Both the position numbers and the translations under genes were made by a program. The notes below the pieces were generated by a model that was not told the DNA's origin, did not search any database, and saw only the letters and a program-made list of their open reading frames with translations. Source: Methanoregula sp. (GTDB lineage Archaea > Halobacteriota > Methanomicrobia > Methanomicrobiales > Methanospirillaceae). Taken from it: 64,000 nt of DNA. The stretch spans positions 2,699-66,698 of the forward strand of contig JBAZFZ010000004.1 in assembly GCA_041653075.1 (NCBI GenBank), in the 5' to 3' direction. Positions 45,832 through 56,005 of this stretch are shown here, piece by piece (within the stretch, counting starts at the first letter, position 1; each line of letters begins with the position of its first letter).

Positions 45832-46314
45832 TTATCTCACGACCCGGTAGCCGGCCCGGGAAAATACCTCCGCCACGTGGGATTCCCATGCGTTATCATC
45901 GGGAATGCTGACACCCGCGATCTCGTCCTGCCAGCGTTTGCGGAGACCTGCATCGAGCGTGGAAAAGAACCGTGAGCCCGGCTGCACCCTGCCGATATGG
46001 TGGCCGGCATCGTCCATGACAAGAACCCGAAAACAGGAGTACTGCCGGCATAAGCCGGGTCGGGAATCGTGGACCGAACAGACTGCTTCCCCTTCTTTTT
46101 TAAACCTGAGAAAAGGACATCCCATCGGGCGCAGGTCCCTGATATCCTGGTCCCGGAAAATGGCAGATTTGTCAGGATCGATAGCAACGCTCTGTTCCTC
46201 ACCGGTTGTCAGGTAGTGTATCTGGTATTTTCCCGGTCCGGTTTTCCGTGTTATTCCCATGACACCCCCCATGTAACTGCAGCATTCACCACACTGCTGA
46301 CATTCAAATACCAC
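45832..46314 (-). CDS. YkgJ family cysteine cluster protein
   Basis: FECQQCGECC, CPFL, CSVHDSRPGLCRQYSC. Confidence 0.88.
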   Translation of the reverse strand: MVFECQQCGECCSYMGGVMGITRKTGPGKYQIHYLTTGEEQSVAIDPDKSAIFRDQDIRDLRPMGCPFLRFKKEGEAVCSVHDSRPGLCRQYSCFRVLVMDDAGHHIGRVQPGSRFFSTLDAGLRKRWQDEIAGVSIPDDNAWESHVAEVFSRAGYRVVR

Positions 46315-46692
46315 CGTATTGTCGCCTTCGTACGATACTATATTGAGGGAGCCAATTAAAGTAATAAAATGTTATTCTCCAAATAAAAATGGTGCCGGGT
46401 GTAATCCGGCACCATATGCGTAATGAACCTGAATTTATGCCACCCCGGTTCGTGTTCCGGATACCTGCCAAAATTCCTGGATAAAACTCCTTCACACACG
46501 ATAAGGGTCAATCATACGGTGACCCTATTATTTGTAAAAAAAACGTTTGGTCGTGCCGGTATGTGCGTAGGGGATGACATTTCGTTATCCATTGGCAGGG
46601 AAGTTATCCCCTCGTACGGTCAGGGCAGATTTGACAGGAAAGGTTATTTCCTGTGCTTGCGATTCCCGTATATCTGAAGTCATGGTGGGAAA

Positions 46693-47160
46693 ATGATAGC
46701 GGACGATCCGGAACCCGAAAAGAAAATCCCCCTGTTTGAACCGACCCTTGGAACTGTAACCGAAGTATTCCCGGTGATAAAAACGGATGCCGAATGGCAG
46801 CAGCAGCTTTCGCCCGTGCAGTATTCCATAGCCCGAAAAAAAGGAACTGAATACGCATTTACCGGGAAATATCATGACTGCCACCAGCCAGGGATATACC
46901 GGTGCATATGCTGTGGGACTGCCCTGTTTGATTCCACAACAAAATTTGATTCTGGAACCGGCTGGCCTTCTTTTTATGCCCCGGTATCCCCGCTGAATAT
47001 CCGCATGGCAAACGACACCTCGCAGGGAATGCGGCGGACTGAAGTTCTCTGTGCCCGGTGCGGTGCCCACCTCGGTCATGTGTTTGATGACGGCCCGCTT
47101 CCTGTGGGAAAGCGGTACTGTATGAATTCCGCGGCTCTTGGTCTTTCACAGGGACACTGA
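46693..47160 (+). CDS. msrB: Peptide-methionine (R)-S-oxide reductase
   Basis: [35 protein letters not shown]. Confidence 0.96.
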   Translation: MIADDPEPEKKIPLFEPTLGTVTEVFPVIKTDAEWQQQLSPVQYSIARKKGTEYAFTGKYHDCHQPGIYRCICCGTALFDSTTKFDSGTGWPSFYAPVSPLNIRMANDTSQGMRRTEVLCARCGAHLGHVFDDGPLPVGKRYCMNSAALGLSQGH

Positions 47161-47291
47161 AGGAAACCCGGAGAAAAAGAGATTATAGTTACCTGTCCAT
47201 TACCTCACAGCCAGAAAACGGGGAAGCGGAAAAAAGCACCCTGTCAACCGCGGGAATTAAATGGTTTCCTCGTTAAACGGTGAATGACACG

Positions 47292-47897
47292 ATGGAAAAA
47301 AAAGAGAACCTGTCGGAGATCGAGGCTATCATCGGCTATCACTTTTTTGAACCCCAGCACCTGATCCGTGCCCTGACCCACCCGGCCTATGCAAACGAGA
47401 TTATTCAGAAAAACCGGGTCTGTCTGACGCAGGAAGCATACAGCACGCTTGGTGATGCCGTCCTCAAGACCAGTATCATCCTCTTTTTAATGGAAAAAGG
47501 GATCCAGACAAAAGGCGGGATTACGCTTGTAAAGGAACAGCTCGAAGACAATGCCAGTCTTGCACGGATCGGCCGGCGGATGAAGATAAAGCGGTTCATA
47601 CGGCTCGGAAAAGGAGCAAAGGACCTCTGGACATCAGGGGAAGATACGATCCTTGCCGATACCATGGAAGCCCTTATCGGGGCAATATTTTTGGACAGCG
47701 ATGCAGGTTTTGGAGTTATCCGCCAGTGCATCGGTTCATGGTTCGCACCCGAACTTACAAAAATAAAAAAGGATGATGTCGCAGGAGACGGCATCCGGCC
47801 AAAACCGGCGGGAGCACCAAAAAAGCGCCAGGTCAGTCTCCGTCCCGGCCCTTCCAGACATGCAGGACCCAGAGGAACGAGATCGCGGTTGCAATAA
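47292..47897 (+). CDS. Ribonuclease III catalytic-domain protein lacking a dsRBD
   Basis: ALTHPAY, LGDAVL, LADTMEALIGAIFLD. Confidence 0.85.
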   Translation: MEKKENLSEIEAIIGYHFFEPQHLIRALTHPAYANEIIQKNRVCLTQEAYSTLGDAVLKTSIILFLMEKGIQTKGGITLVKEQLEDNASLARIGRRMKIKRFIRLGKGAKDLWTSGEDTILADTMEALIGAIFLDSDAGFGVIRQCIGSWFAPELTKIKKDDVAGDGIRPKPAGAPKKRQVSLRPGPSRHAGPRGTRSRLQ

Positions 47898-48933
47898 CGG
47901 TCGATCCTGCGAGAAGCGGCAGGTACCACCATTGTCCTGCCATCGTACCTTCCATGATGCCGCTTCCGGCAATGGTTGCGATGGTGTTTGGGACAAGAAA
48001 CGCGGTGCCAAGCACGGTAAGGTAGGCGGTCACGAGGGCAAACCGGTTGTTGAGGCTCTGGAGCTGGTTGTTGTAGATGCTCTGCATTACTTCGAGGCCT
48101 GAAGAAAGAACATTGGACATCTGTTCTGAAAGCTCGATGTGACGCTCGATATTGTCCGAAAGTATCCCGATTCGCCCCAGCAGCTTTTCATCGTTGGTGA
48201 TAAGATCCGCGTCCCCGTACTGGAGCGAGTTTATGACATCTTTTGTCGCCCAGAGGACATTTAAGTAGTCGATGAGGATATGCTTCATCCGGTAGATCCT
48301 GTGGGCGATCTGCTTTTTTGCGACATTTTCCTCGATTAAGGATTTGCTGATCGCATCCCCGTGTGCTTCAATCTCCCGCAGGTACTCGAAGTTGCGGTCG
48401 TTATTTTCATCGATGATCCGCTCAAGCATCAGGGTGATCTTGTCGGTTGTCCCCACCGGGCTTATCCGCTTGAAAAATGGCAGGGCATACCGGGAGAACC
48501 GGAGGAGACGGTTGATGTCCCGTGAATGAACCGTGAGAATGAAATTTTCCCGGATCAGCACAAAGAGGGGGTGGACCGTCATCTTGTCCGCTATCATCGT
48601 CACGGAGGGGAGCATGATCCCGAGTTCTGTATCGTAATCCTCGTAAGCAGAGTAAAACCCGGTCGAGAGTTTGGGGATCGGGAGTTTTGAAAACCCGGCG
48701 AGCTGCGCAATCTGCTCGATCTCTTCTGCATCGTCTTTTGTGCTGTAATCGATCCAGGCAATGCTTGCCTCGCGGATAAGAGCGAAGTAATCTTCAAATG
48801 GCTGGTCAGTGTACCGGTCGATCCTGCCATCTTTTGAAAGGGTGATGCAGAAATTCAGCGGGACCGGACCGGATCCCTGTGAAGGTGGTGCCTGCTGATC
48901 CGGAAAAGACTGTGGCGCGGTTAAAACACTCAT
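47833..48933 (-). CDS. CorA family divalent cation transporter (non-canonical signature)
   Basis: Large soluble domain, long stalk helix, two C-terminal TM helices; LVPNTIATIAGSG where GMN is usual. Confidence 0.82.
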   Translation of the reverse strand: MSVLTAPQSFPDQQAPPSQGSGPVPLNFCITLSKDGRIDRYTDQPFEDYFALIREASIAWIDYSTKDDAEEIEQIAQLAGFSKLPIPKLSTGFYSAYEDYDTELGIMLPSVTMIADKMTVHPLFVLIRENFILTVHSRDINRLLRFSRYALPFFKRISPVGTTDKITLMLERIIDENNDRNFEYLREIEAHGDAISKSLIEENVAKKQIAHRIYRMKHILIDYLNVLWATKDVINSLQYGDADLITNDEKLLGRIGILSDNIERHIELSEQMSNVLSSGLEVMQSIYNNQLQSLNNRFALVTAYLTVLGTAFLVPNTIATIAGSGIMEGTMAGQWWYLPLLAGSTVIATAISFLWVLHVWKGRDGD

Positions 48934-49298
48934 GGTGGCACATCCCCGGAGTTGTGCGGATGAACCTGTAGTACCTGATATTGCAGGTCGGCTGGTATAA
49001 ACATAGCCGGGCAAACACGGGAAAGCCCTTGGGGTATCCGGCCATGGGGCTCCTGCATGGAAGAAGCCCCGTCGGGTACGTTTACCCACGGGCTCCTGTA
49101 TAATATTCCCCCGGATGTCCGGAGCATCGGCCCGGCAGAGCCCGATACCCTGCACCTTTCGAACGGTGCACCGCCGGATCCCGGGACTATTATCCCCCCT
49201 GCCCGTCTTTGGGGAGGCGGAGTTGGTCATAACGTTTCAGTGGTCAGTATCCAACGGACTGCCCACGCTGCATCCGATGCGGCCTGTTTTTGCTTGTA

Positions 49299-50474
49299 CT
49301 ATGCCGCTCCGGGTTTTGGTGAGTCCCGGGCAGAGATGACAAAGAATACCGTGATGACAAGAGCAAGGACGCATCCTGCAAAAAAACCTGCCGCATACCC
49401 GATCGCGGTTATGACAATCCCGGTGATCACCGGTCCACCGGACTGGCCGATATCCATGATCGAAGAGAGTGCCCCCATGGATGCTCCAAGCTGTTCTTTT
49501 TTTGCGATATCTGCGACATAGGCGCTCGTTGCGACGGTGGAAAGGGAGATGCCCGCCCCAAAGACTGCGCTCACGAAAAGGAACCCGGCAAAGGATCCTG
49601 CCAGGGGAAATGCAGCCACGGTACAACCGGTAACGACGAGACCGGCAACGATCTGAATCCGTTTATCGACCCGATCTGCAATCATCCCGAAGAACGGTTT
49701 TGTACCGGCGATGATTATTACCTGTGCGGCAAAGATGATTCCTGTCTGGTATGCCCCGATTCCAAGACTCAGAAGATAAATGGGGAGGAACGTCTCCACG
49801 GCACCGAAGGTAAAGTACGTCGCCATGTCGGCGAATGCGGTCCCCCGGAGCCGGGGGTTTGCAAAGAAAACGGCAAAACTTTCGCGGAAGACCGGGAACC
49901 GGAGTACCTGAATGCTGTTCCGCCCCTCCTCCCGGTACATGAGTGTCATGACAAGGACCGGGAAGGCAGCAAGGACTGCGGCGAGGTAGACTGCATGGTA
50001 AGCAAACAGGCCCGGGGCAAAAGCACAGTACGTGATGATGGCACCACCGGCAAGCGGGGCAAGAGTCCGGCCGATAAGCGTGGCAGACGAGTACTGGCCA
50101 AGCATCTCGCCTTTTGTCTCCGGGAATCGTTCTGCAATGACCGCAGAAACGACCGGGCCAAGGATTGCGGTTGCCGTCCCGTGGAAAAACCGGACCGGGA
50201 TCAGCCATACCGGCTCCGTGATGACAAGGTACAGGAGAGGAGCAGACAGAAACACGATCCCTGCTGCGACAAGGAGCCGTTTTCTCCCGATATGGTCCGA
50301 GATCACGCCGACAGGAAACGAGAAGAGGATACCGGCAAGCGGGGAAAATGCGGCAATGATGCCGATGAGGGCATCGTCTGCTCCCATCGCATGTGAGAAG
50401 AGCGGGAGGACCGGGTTTTTTGCGATGGTTGTTGAAAAGATTGCAAAAAATCCCAGCAGGGACAGAAAATACAT
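49299..50474 (-). CDS. MFS transporter
   Basis: Motif A in both halves (GVISDHIGRK, GMIADRVDKR); about 12 TM segments. Confidence 0.92.
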   Translation of the reverse strand: MYFLSLLGFFAIFSTTIAKNPVLPLFSHAMGADDALIGIIAAFSPLAGILFSFPVGVISDHIGRKRLLVAAGIVFLSAPLLYLVITEPVWLIPVRFFHGTATAILGPVVSAVIAERFPETKGEMLGQYSSATLIGRTLAPLAGGAIITYCAFAPGLFAYHAVYLAAVLAAFPVLVMTLMYREEGRNSIQVLRFPVFRESFAVFFANPRLRGTAFADMATYFTFGAVETFLPIYLLSLGIGAYQTGIIFAAQVIIIAGTKPFFGMIADRVDKRIQIVAGLVVTGCTVAAFPLAGSFAGFLFVSAVFGAGISLSTVATSAYVADIAKKEQLGASMGALSSIMDIGQSGGPVITGIVITAIGYAAGFFAGCVLALVITVFFVISARDSPKPGAA

Positions 50475-50633
50475 GGTGCGGCGATCCGGGATCGGCAGGG
50501 CAGGGTTTTTCTTCGTTCGTTTTCACGTCCTGATTTTTTAAATACCTTAAATTGGCCAACTCAACTAAGGCAGGTCTGCCCGCCCTCTATAAAAAACATA
50601 ACTCTCATATCGATAAACGTCCAACGGTCCCTT

Positions 50634-51338
50634 ATGAAGTCTGTGATTGCAGCATTCCTTATTATTGCGTTGCTTATGCTCCTGCCGGTCTCCGTTCTTG
50701 CGGCAGATGATACGTCGGCAAATTCCGGTGCCGGTTCTGCGACTACCGCAGAAGAACCCTCCCTCATGGTGACCGTATCCGCCACAGAGCCTGTAATTGG
50801 CGACCCGGTGACGGTCAGCGGTTTTGCGAATGGCGGAAACCTGACGGCAGGTGTCCAGATCTGGGTTTTTGCTGGCAGTTATGTTAATGTCACGACCGTC
50901 CCGGTCGATGCGAACGGCGCATATTCAAAGACCTACCAGACCCAGAATCTCCCGGCAGCAACCTATTATGTCCTTGCCGAGAGCCCGGGTAATGACGGTG
51001 TGTTTGATCTTGAAATGATCAATGTGAGCGGATATTCGTCCGAAGTCATCAACCCCAAGACTGGTGCGGAGGTCATGACGTTTACGGGAACCGGCAGCGT
51101 CCACGATATGGAAGCAATGGAAACGCTGTCTGCGGCGCTTAACCAGGCCGGCTATGATGATCCCTATGCCAAGATTTCGTTTGAACTGGTTGGATCTCGT
51201 GGGGAAACCTCATCGGTTGAGACAGCAACATCCGTTCCCCTTCAGACTACCACTGCAAAGTCTCCGGTTTCGGCCGTAATTCCGTGTGCCGCACTGGTGT
51301 TTGCCGGGGCAGCGCTTGTCCTGTACCGCCAACACTAA
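50634..51338 (+). CDS. Secreted cell-surface protein with Thr-rich linker and C-terminal membrane anchor
   Basis: Signal peptide; beta-rich core; TTTAKSP followed by a TM helix and basic tail. Confidence 0.8.
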   Translation: MKSVIAAFLIIALLMLLPVSVLAADDTSANSGAGSATTAEEPSLMVTVSATEPVIGDPVTVSGFANGGNLTAGVQIWVFAGSYVNVTTVPVDANGAYSKTYQTQNLPAATYYVLAESPGNDGVFDLEMINVSGYSSEVINPKTGAEVMTFTGTGSVHDMEAMETLSAALNQAGYDDPYAKISFELVGSRGETSSVETATSVPLQTTTAKSPVSAVIPCAALVFAGAALVLYRQH

Positions 51339-51471
51339 CCTTTTTTTTCTTTTTTATGATGGCAGATGCGTGTTTTGTCAGTATACCCTCCGGATGCCGT
51401 CACTCCCGAAAGAAATCCGAAGGGCAATCCTCACCCGGGTGTTCAAACTAAAAAAAAGCCGGAATTGCCGG

Positions 51472-53394
51472 TTACGGCCGGGGTTGCTGCTGGGAGGCGC
51501 AATGGAATGCCCCGAATCCTTCGATCATCGCACATGCGTTGATCCCCACGACAAGACGATCGGTAAAAATGTCCCGGAGGATTGCGAGCGCCTTTGCATC
51601 GTTTTTATCTTCGAACGTCGGCACGATCACGATCCCGTTCCCGATATAGAAGTTCGTGTAGCTCGCCGGGTAGCGCTCGTCACCGGAGATGACCGGTGCC
51701 GGCATCGGGAGTTTTACCAGAGTAAACGGTTTTCCTTCCTGGTCGGTCGCACCCTGTAATATACGGTAGTTCTCTTCGAGCGCGGCGTAATTCTCATCGT
51801 TCGGGTTCTCTTCGTACGCACAAACGATGGTCGATGACGATACAAACCGGGCAATGTCATCCACATGCCCGTCCGTATCGTCTCCGACAAGGCCCTTGTT
51901 GAGCCAGACAATCTTTACTGCTCCCAGGTAGACTTTGAGGTACTGCTCGATCTCGTCCTCGGTAAGCTTCGGGTTACGGTTCGGATTCAGCAGGCATGAC
52001 CGGGTGGTAAGGACCATCCCTTTCCCATTGGTATCAATCGATCCGCCCTCAAGGACGATCCCTGGCCGGAATACGGGAAGATCGAGCCACCGGTTCATGT
52101 CTTTTGGGACATTCCCGTCGGCAAGCTGGTTTTCGTACTTGTTCCCCCAGGCATTGAACTCCCACCGGACCAGCGCCGCTTTCCCCAGCGCACGGTTCAC
52201 GATGAATGTCGGACCGTAATCCCGGACCCAGACATCCGAATAGGTGATGGTCCGGATCGTAACACACGAGAGATCGACCCCTGCACTTCTCAACCTGCCT
52301 TTGACCATCCGGTGCACCATGGGGCTTGGTACGAACAGTTCAACGTTCTCGGTCGGGGATATTGCGGCAATAAACTTTACATAGGCATCCTCGACTTCGG
52401 CAAGCCGGGGAAATGTCAGCCTGTTATGCGGCCAGGAGAGCCAGATTGCCTCGTGGGGTTCCCATTCTGCGGGCATGTGGTAGCCCTGGTTGTTGGGCGT
52501 TGCCCCCGGTTTTGGCAGGGAGGCAGTCGCGTCGAATTCCGGTGCACGGCAACAGACCCTCCCGTACGTGTCGGGCCGCCGGTTTCGGAAAAATCCCCAG
52601 GACTCCCGGATTGACGTGTTCATGCCAAAATCCAGCGGTGCCATGATAGTCTCTTCGGCATCCCCGGCATGGGCGCAGCAGTGGCCGAAGGCATCGCAGA
52701 TAAACGAACCCCCAAAGAACCGGATCTCACCTTCGATTCCCACCCGGTTGACTGCGGCTACGTGGACGCTGTTTGCAATGGCATGGCTCCGCTGGATAAG
52801 CTCCCAGGCTTCCTGCCAGTCTCCTTCACCCGGCGGATCCGTGCAGGAATTCCCGATTGCAGTCGGGTATATGATAAGGTCCGCCCCTTCAAGGGCGACG
52901 CACCGTGCGGCCTCGGGAAACCACTGGTCGTAGCAGATAAGGACGGCAAGCCGGCCGTACCGTGTCGTGTGGACTGCGTACTGCTCACCGGGATAAAAAT
53001 ATTCTTTCTCGAAAAATTTCGGATCCTGCGGAATATGGATCTTGTGGTACGGGGCATGGAGACTCCCGTCTGCATCAATGACGACCGCTGAGTTATAGAA
53101 CCGTCCGGCCGGTGAACGCTCGAAGACCGGGACGATGATTACAACAGAGTACTGCCGTGCGATCCTTGTGAATGCCTCGGTCGATTCCCCGGGAATACTC
53201 TCGGCAAACCGTGCTGCATCGGTTCCGATCTGCTGGGGGAAGTAGCGGATCCGGAAGAGTTCGGGCAGGCAGATGATCTGTGCCCCGTTCTTGGCAGCCG
53301 ATTCTACACGCCCAAGCGCTTTTTTGAGGTTTTCAGCGAGATCCTGTCCGATTTCCATCTGGACAAGAGCAACCGTAACAGTGTCTCTCTCCAT
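51472..53394 (-). CDS. Fusion of N-carbamoylputrescine amidase (nitrilase fold) and agmatine deiminase
   Basis: N-terminal E-K-C triad (LPELF, HKIHIP, ICYDQWFPE); C-terminal MPAEWEPH, WVRDYGP, LEGGS, DTDGHVD, HCASQQQP. Confidence 0.93.
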   Translation of the reverse strand: MERDTVTVALVQMEIGQDLAENLKKALGRVESAAKNGAQIICLPELFRIRYFPQQIGTDAARFAESIPGESTEAFTRIARQYSVVIIVPVFERSPAGRFYNSAVVIDADGSLHAPYHKIHIPQDPKFFEKEYFYPGEQYAVHTTRYGRLAVLICYDQWFPEAARCVALEGADLIIYPTAIGNSCTDPPGEGDWQEAWELIQRSHAIANSVHVAAVNRVGIEGEIRFFGGSFICDAFGHCCAHAGDAEETIMAPLDFGMNTSIRESWGFFRNRRPDTYGRVCCRAPEFDATASLPKPGATPNNQGYHMPAEWEPHEAIWLSWPHNRLTFPRLAEVEDAYVKFIAAISPTENVELFVPSPMVHRMVKGRLRSAGVDLSCVTIRTITYSDVWVRDYGPTFIVNRALGKAALVRWEFNAWGNKYENQLADGNVPKDMNRWLDLPVFRPGIVLEGGSIDTNGKGMVLTTRSCLLNPNRNPKLTEDEIEQYLKVYLGAVKIVWLNKGLVGDDTDGHVDDIARFVSSSTIVCAYEENPNDENYAALEENYRILQGATDQEGKPFTLVKLPMPAPVISGDERYPASYTNFYIGNGIVIVPTFEDKNDAKALAILRDIFTDRLVVGINACAMIEGFGAFHCASQQQPRP

Positions 53395-53558
53395 GTGCTG
53401 CTCTTTTGTGTATATTTCGTATCTTAGTACTCTTGCTATTCACCGTGATGAAGCCGACGGATCCGGTCCGGAATTTACGGGGTTAGGGTCCCTCTGGACT
53501 GACCCCCACCGGATCGTTCCCGGATTACCCCGAACCGGTGAGAAGCGTTTTTTTTAGG

Positions 53559-54914
53559 TTACGAAAGGCTTGCTGTCTTTTCAAGTTCGGCGATACGGGC
53601 CAACAGTTCCTGCTCCCGGTGGGCTATTTCCGTAACATCCGTGAAGGTGAAATACGTGCTTATTGTTTCCCCGTGCCGGATGGAGTTGATATGCCCGAAA
53701 ATGCACCGCTTTTCGCCGTTTTTGCACAGGATCCATCCCTGGAACATGGCCGGGGGTTCCGTGCAGGTCTGGGATTTTGTAAAAAGTTCGTGCATCATCT
53801 GCGTGGTCTCGGGTGTCGTGAGATCCAAGGCCCTCATCGATTTGAGTTCTTCCAGCGTATATCCTGTGATTTCCGAGAGGCGACGGTTGGCAAAGACGAC
53901 GTTATCGTTTTCAACGATAATAAGTCCGTCCTGGATATTTTCCGCCATCATCCTGAACCGCTGCTCGCTTTCGTAGAGCGCCGCTTCTTTTGATTCAAGT
54001 TCGGTGACATCGGTGAGGATGATAAAATGGTACAGGATCTTCCCATGCTGGACGCCGGTAATCCTGGCATAAACGTGCCGGTAGATGCCGTCTTTTCTCC
54101 GGATGATCGCCTGGAATTCAGTAAGTCCCTCCAACGGTGCCGTAGTAGTAAGGTGTTTCATACACTCCACGCCATCGTGATCCTCAGGGGCGATAAGAGT
54201 AAGCGGATTCATGGCCCAGAGCTCTTCAAACGTGTATCCGGTAATTTCCGCAAAACGGATATTCACGAACGTATTTTTTCCGTTTTCAAGAATGAGGAGC
54301 CCGTCCTGGATATTTTCCGCCATCATCCTGAACCGCTCTTCCCGTTCTTTAAGATCCCGTTCACGAAGAATATCCTGGGTAATATCCGAGAGAATGATCG
54401 TAAATCCCTTGGCACCATCGTCAAAAACCGTAGGGATGGTTTTCTGCTTGAAGATCCGTTCGCCGGTGTCTTTTATCTGGAACGAGAGTATATGTTCTGT
54501 TTCTTCCGTGGGTTTTATCGAAAAGGAATGTGTCAGCTCATGCAGGTCCACCCAGGTGGATTGGAGATAGGCCAGGTTTTTCCCAACGGCGTCTTTTCTC
54601 TGGAGATGGAGAAGTCCCAGAAAATTATCATTGATATCGATGATACGCGCTTCCCAGTCAAGGACCATGATGAGATCCTTGGAATAACCAAGCATTGCAG
54701 AAAGCGGCACTCTCTGGCTTAAGGTGTACACTTTCGCCATACCGTAGGTACGCATATCTACGTGCCCTGAAATCAGGAGAATATCCAGATAACGCCCGGT
54801 AGTATTCTTGTTTTTCCTGAGTGCCTTTGCGATATCAGTGACACTCATTCCTTCCGGGTTCTTCGTGAGAAGGTCTTTTATCAGGGATAACTCCTGCTGG
54901 TAGTCCTGCATCAT
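53559..54914 (-). CDS. HTH-PAS-PAS-PAS one-component regulator
   Basis: GMSVTDIAKALRKNKNTTGRYLDIL helix-turn-helix; two RFRMMAENIQDGL...ITGYT.EEL PAS repeats plus a first PAS-like domain. Confidence 0.88.
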   Translation of the reverse strand: MMQDYQQELSLIKDLLTKNPEGMSVTDIAKALRKNKNTTGRYLDILLISGHVDMRTYGMAKVYTLSQRVPLSAMLGYSKDLIMVLDWEARIIDINDNFLGLLHLQRKDAVGKNLAYLQSTWVDLHELTHSFSIKPTEETEHILSFQIKDTGERIFKQKTIPTVFDDGAKGFTIILSDITQDILRERDLKEREERFRMMAENIQDGLLILENGKNTFVNIRFAEITGYTFEELWAMNPLTLIAPEDHDGVECMKHLTTTAPLEGLTEFQAIIRRKDGIYRHVYARITGVQHGKILYHFIILTDVTELESKEAALYESEQRFRMMAENIQDGLIIVENDNVVFANRRLSEITGYTLEELKSMRALDLTTPETTQMMHELFTKSQTCTEPPAMFQGWILCKNGEKRCIFGHINSIRHGETISTYFTFTDVTEIAHREQELLARIAELEKTASLS

Positions 54915-55081
54915 GGGAAAATCAGACAGATTCTATAGAGATTCTATATACCTTAAGGCTCAATCAACATTTATAATTATTGTTAACCATCGGTATGTAT
55001 AAGAAATAAAAGAAAAATCTATCTATTATAACAGCAAATGATATCTGCTCTCTAGTGGAATGAAACTAAAGAGGTAACTGT

Positions 55082-55774
55082 ATGGATATTATACCTGTTG
55101 ATTTGATGAACCGATGGTATGAAACCATCCTTACGTATGTGCCAAGCATCCTTGGCGCACTGGTTGTATTGATTATCGGCTGGATTGTCGGCCGCCTTCT
55201 CGGCAAAGCTGTCCGGATTATCCTTGACAAGGTCAGCGAACAGCATATTGTCGAGAAGGTTGCAGATCAGGGGTCATTCTCCGGGTCGGTTAAAAATGCC
55301 GGGTTCACGGTAGGATACATAGGAGACATTGCAGTCAGGATCTTCGTGTACCTTATTGCGATCCTTGCCGCAGTTGACATCCTCAACATGGAATACATGA
55401 GCAAGTTCATGACGGTGATCGTGGAATACATCCCGCATGTCGTTGCCTTTGTCATCATCCTTATTGTCGGTTTCCTGCTTGCGGACTACTTCATTGATTT
55501 CCTGAACAGCTATTATGCAAAGCAGGATATCCAGCTGATCACCCCGGTTCTTGTGCTGCTCCGGATCTTTTTGTATTTCGTGATCGCGGTTCTTGCCCTG
55601 TCGCAGCTGATGCTTGACCTCACGATCATCTACACGTTTGTTACTCCGATTGCCTGGGGTGTCGGAATCGGCCTTGGTGCAGCAATTGCAATCCTTGTTG
55701 GCTTTGGTCTCCGGAACCGGAGCGAAGCAATCATGGATAAGGTCATTGAGTCGATCTGCAAGAAGCAGCAGTAA
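55082..55774 (+). CDS. Conserved TM-helix repeat membrane protein (MscS-associated/CmpX-like), copy 1
   Basis: YVPSILGALVVLIIGWIVGR and YIPHVVAFVIILIVG repeats. Confidence 0.85.
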   Translation: MDIIPVDLMNRWYETILTYVPSILGALVVLIIGWIVGRLLGKAVRIILDKVSEQHIVEKVADQGSFSGSVKNAGFTVGYIGDIAVRIFVYLIAILAAVDILNMEYMSKFMTVIVEYIPHVVAFVIILIVGFLLADYFIDFLNSYYAKQDIQLITPVLVLLRIFLYFVIAVLALSQLMLDLTIIYTFVTPIAWGVGIGLGAAIAILVGFGLRNRSEAIMDKVIESICKKQQ

Positions 55775-56005
55775 ATCTTTTTTTTGCAGAGCCCGGTTTC
55801 GGTAAACGCACCCGGTAACCGGTACGTTTGGGATCTCTCCCTTTTGAAGAAGGGTAAAAATGTATGCAATGCCTTCCCGAAAGATGGCGGGAATCCTGTA
55901 CAGCACGAAGAAGCCGTGTACACGAAAAAATCCCCAAGAATCAGGGTTTAATTTATAGACCTCCTGCAATTCTATATATAATACCCATACGAATCAGGTA
56001 GGTAT

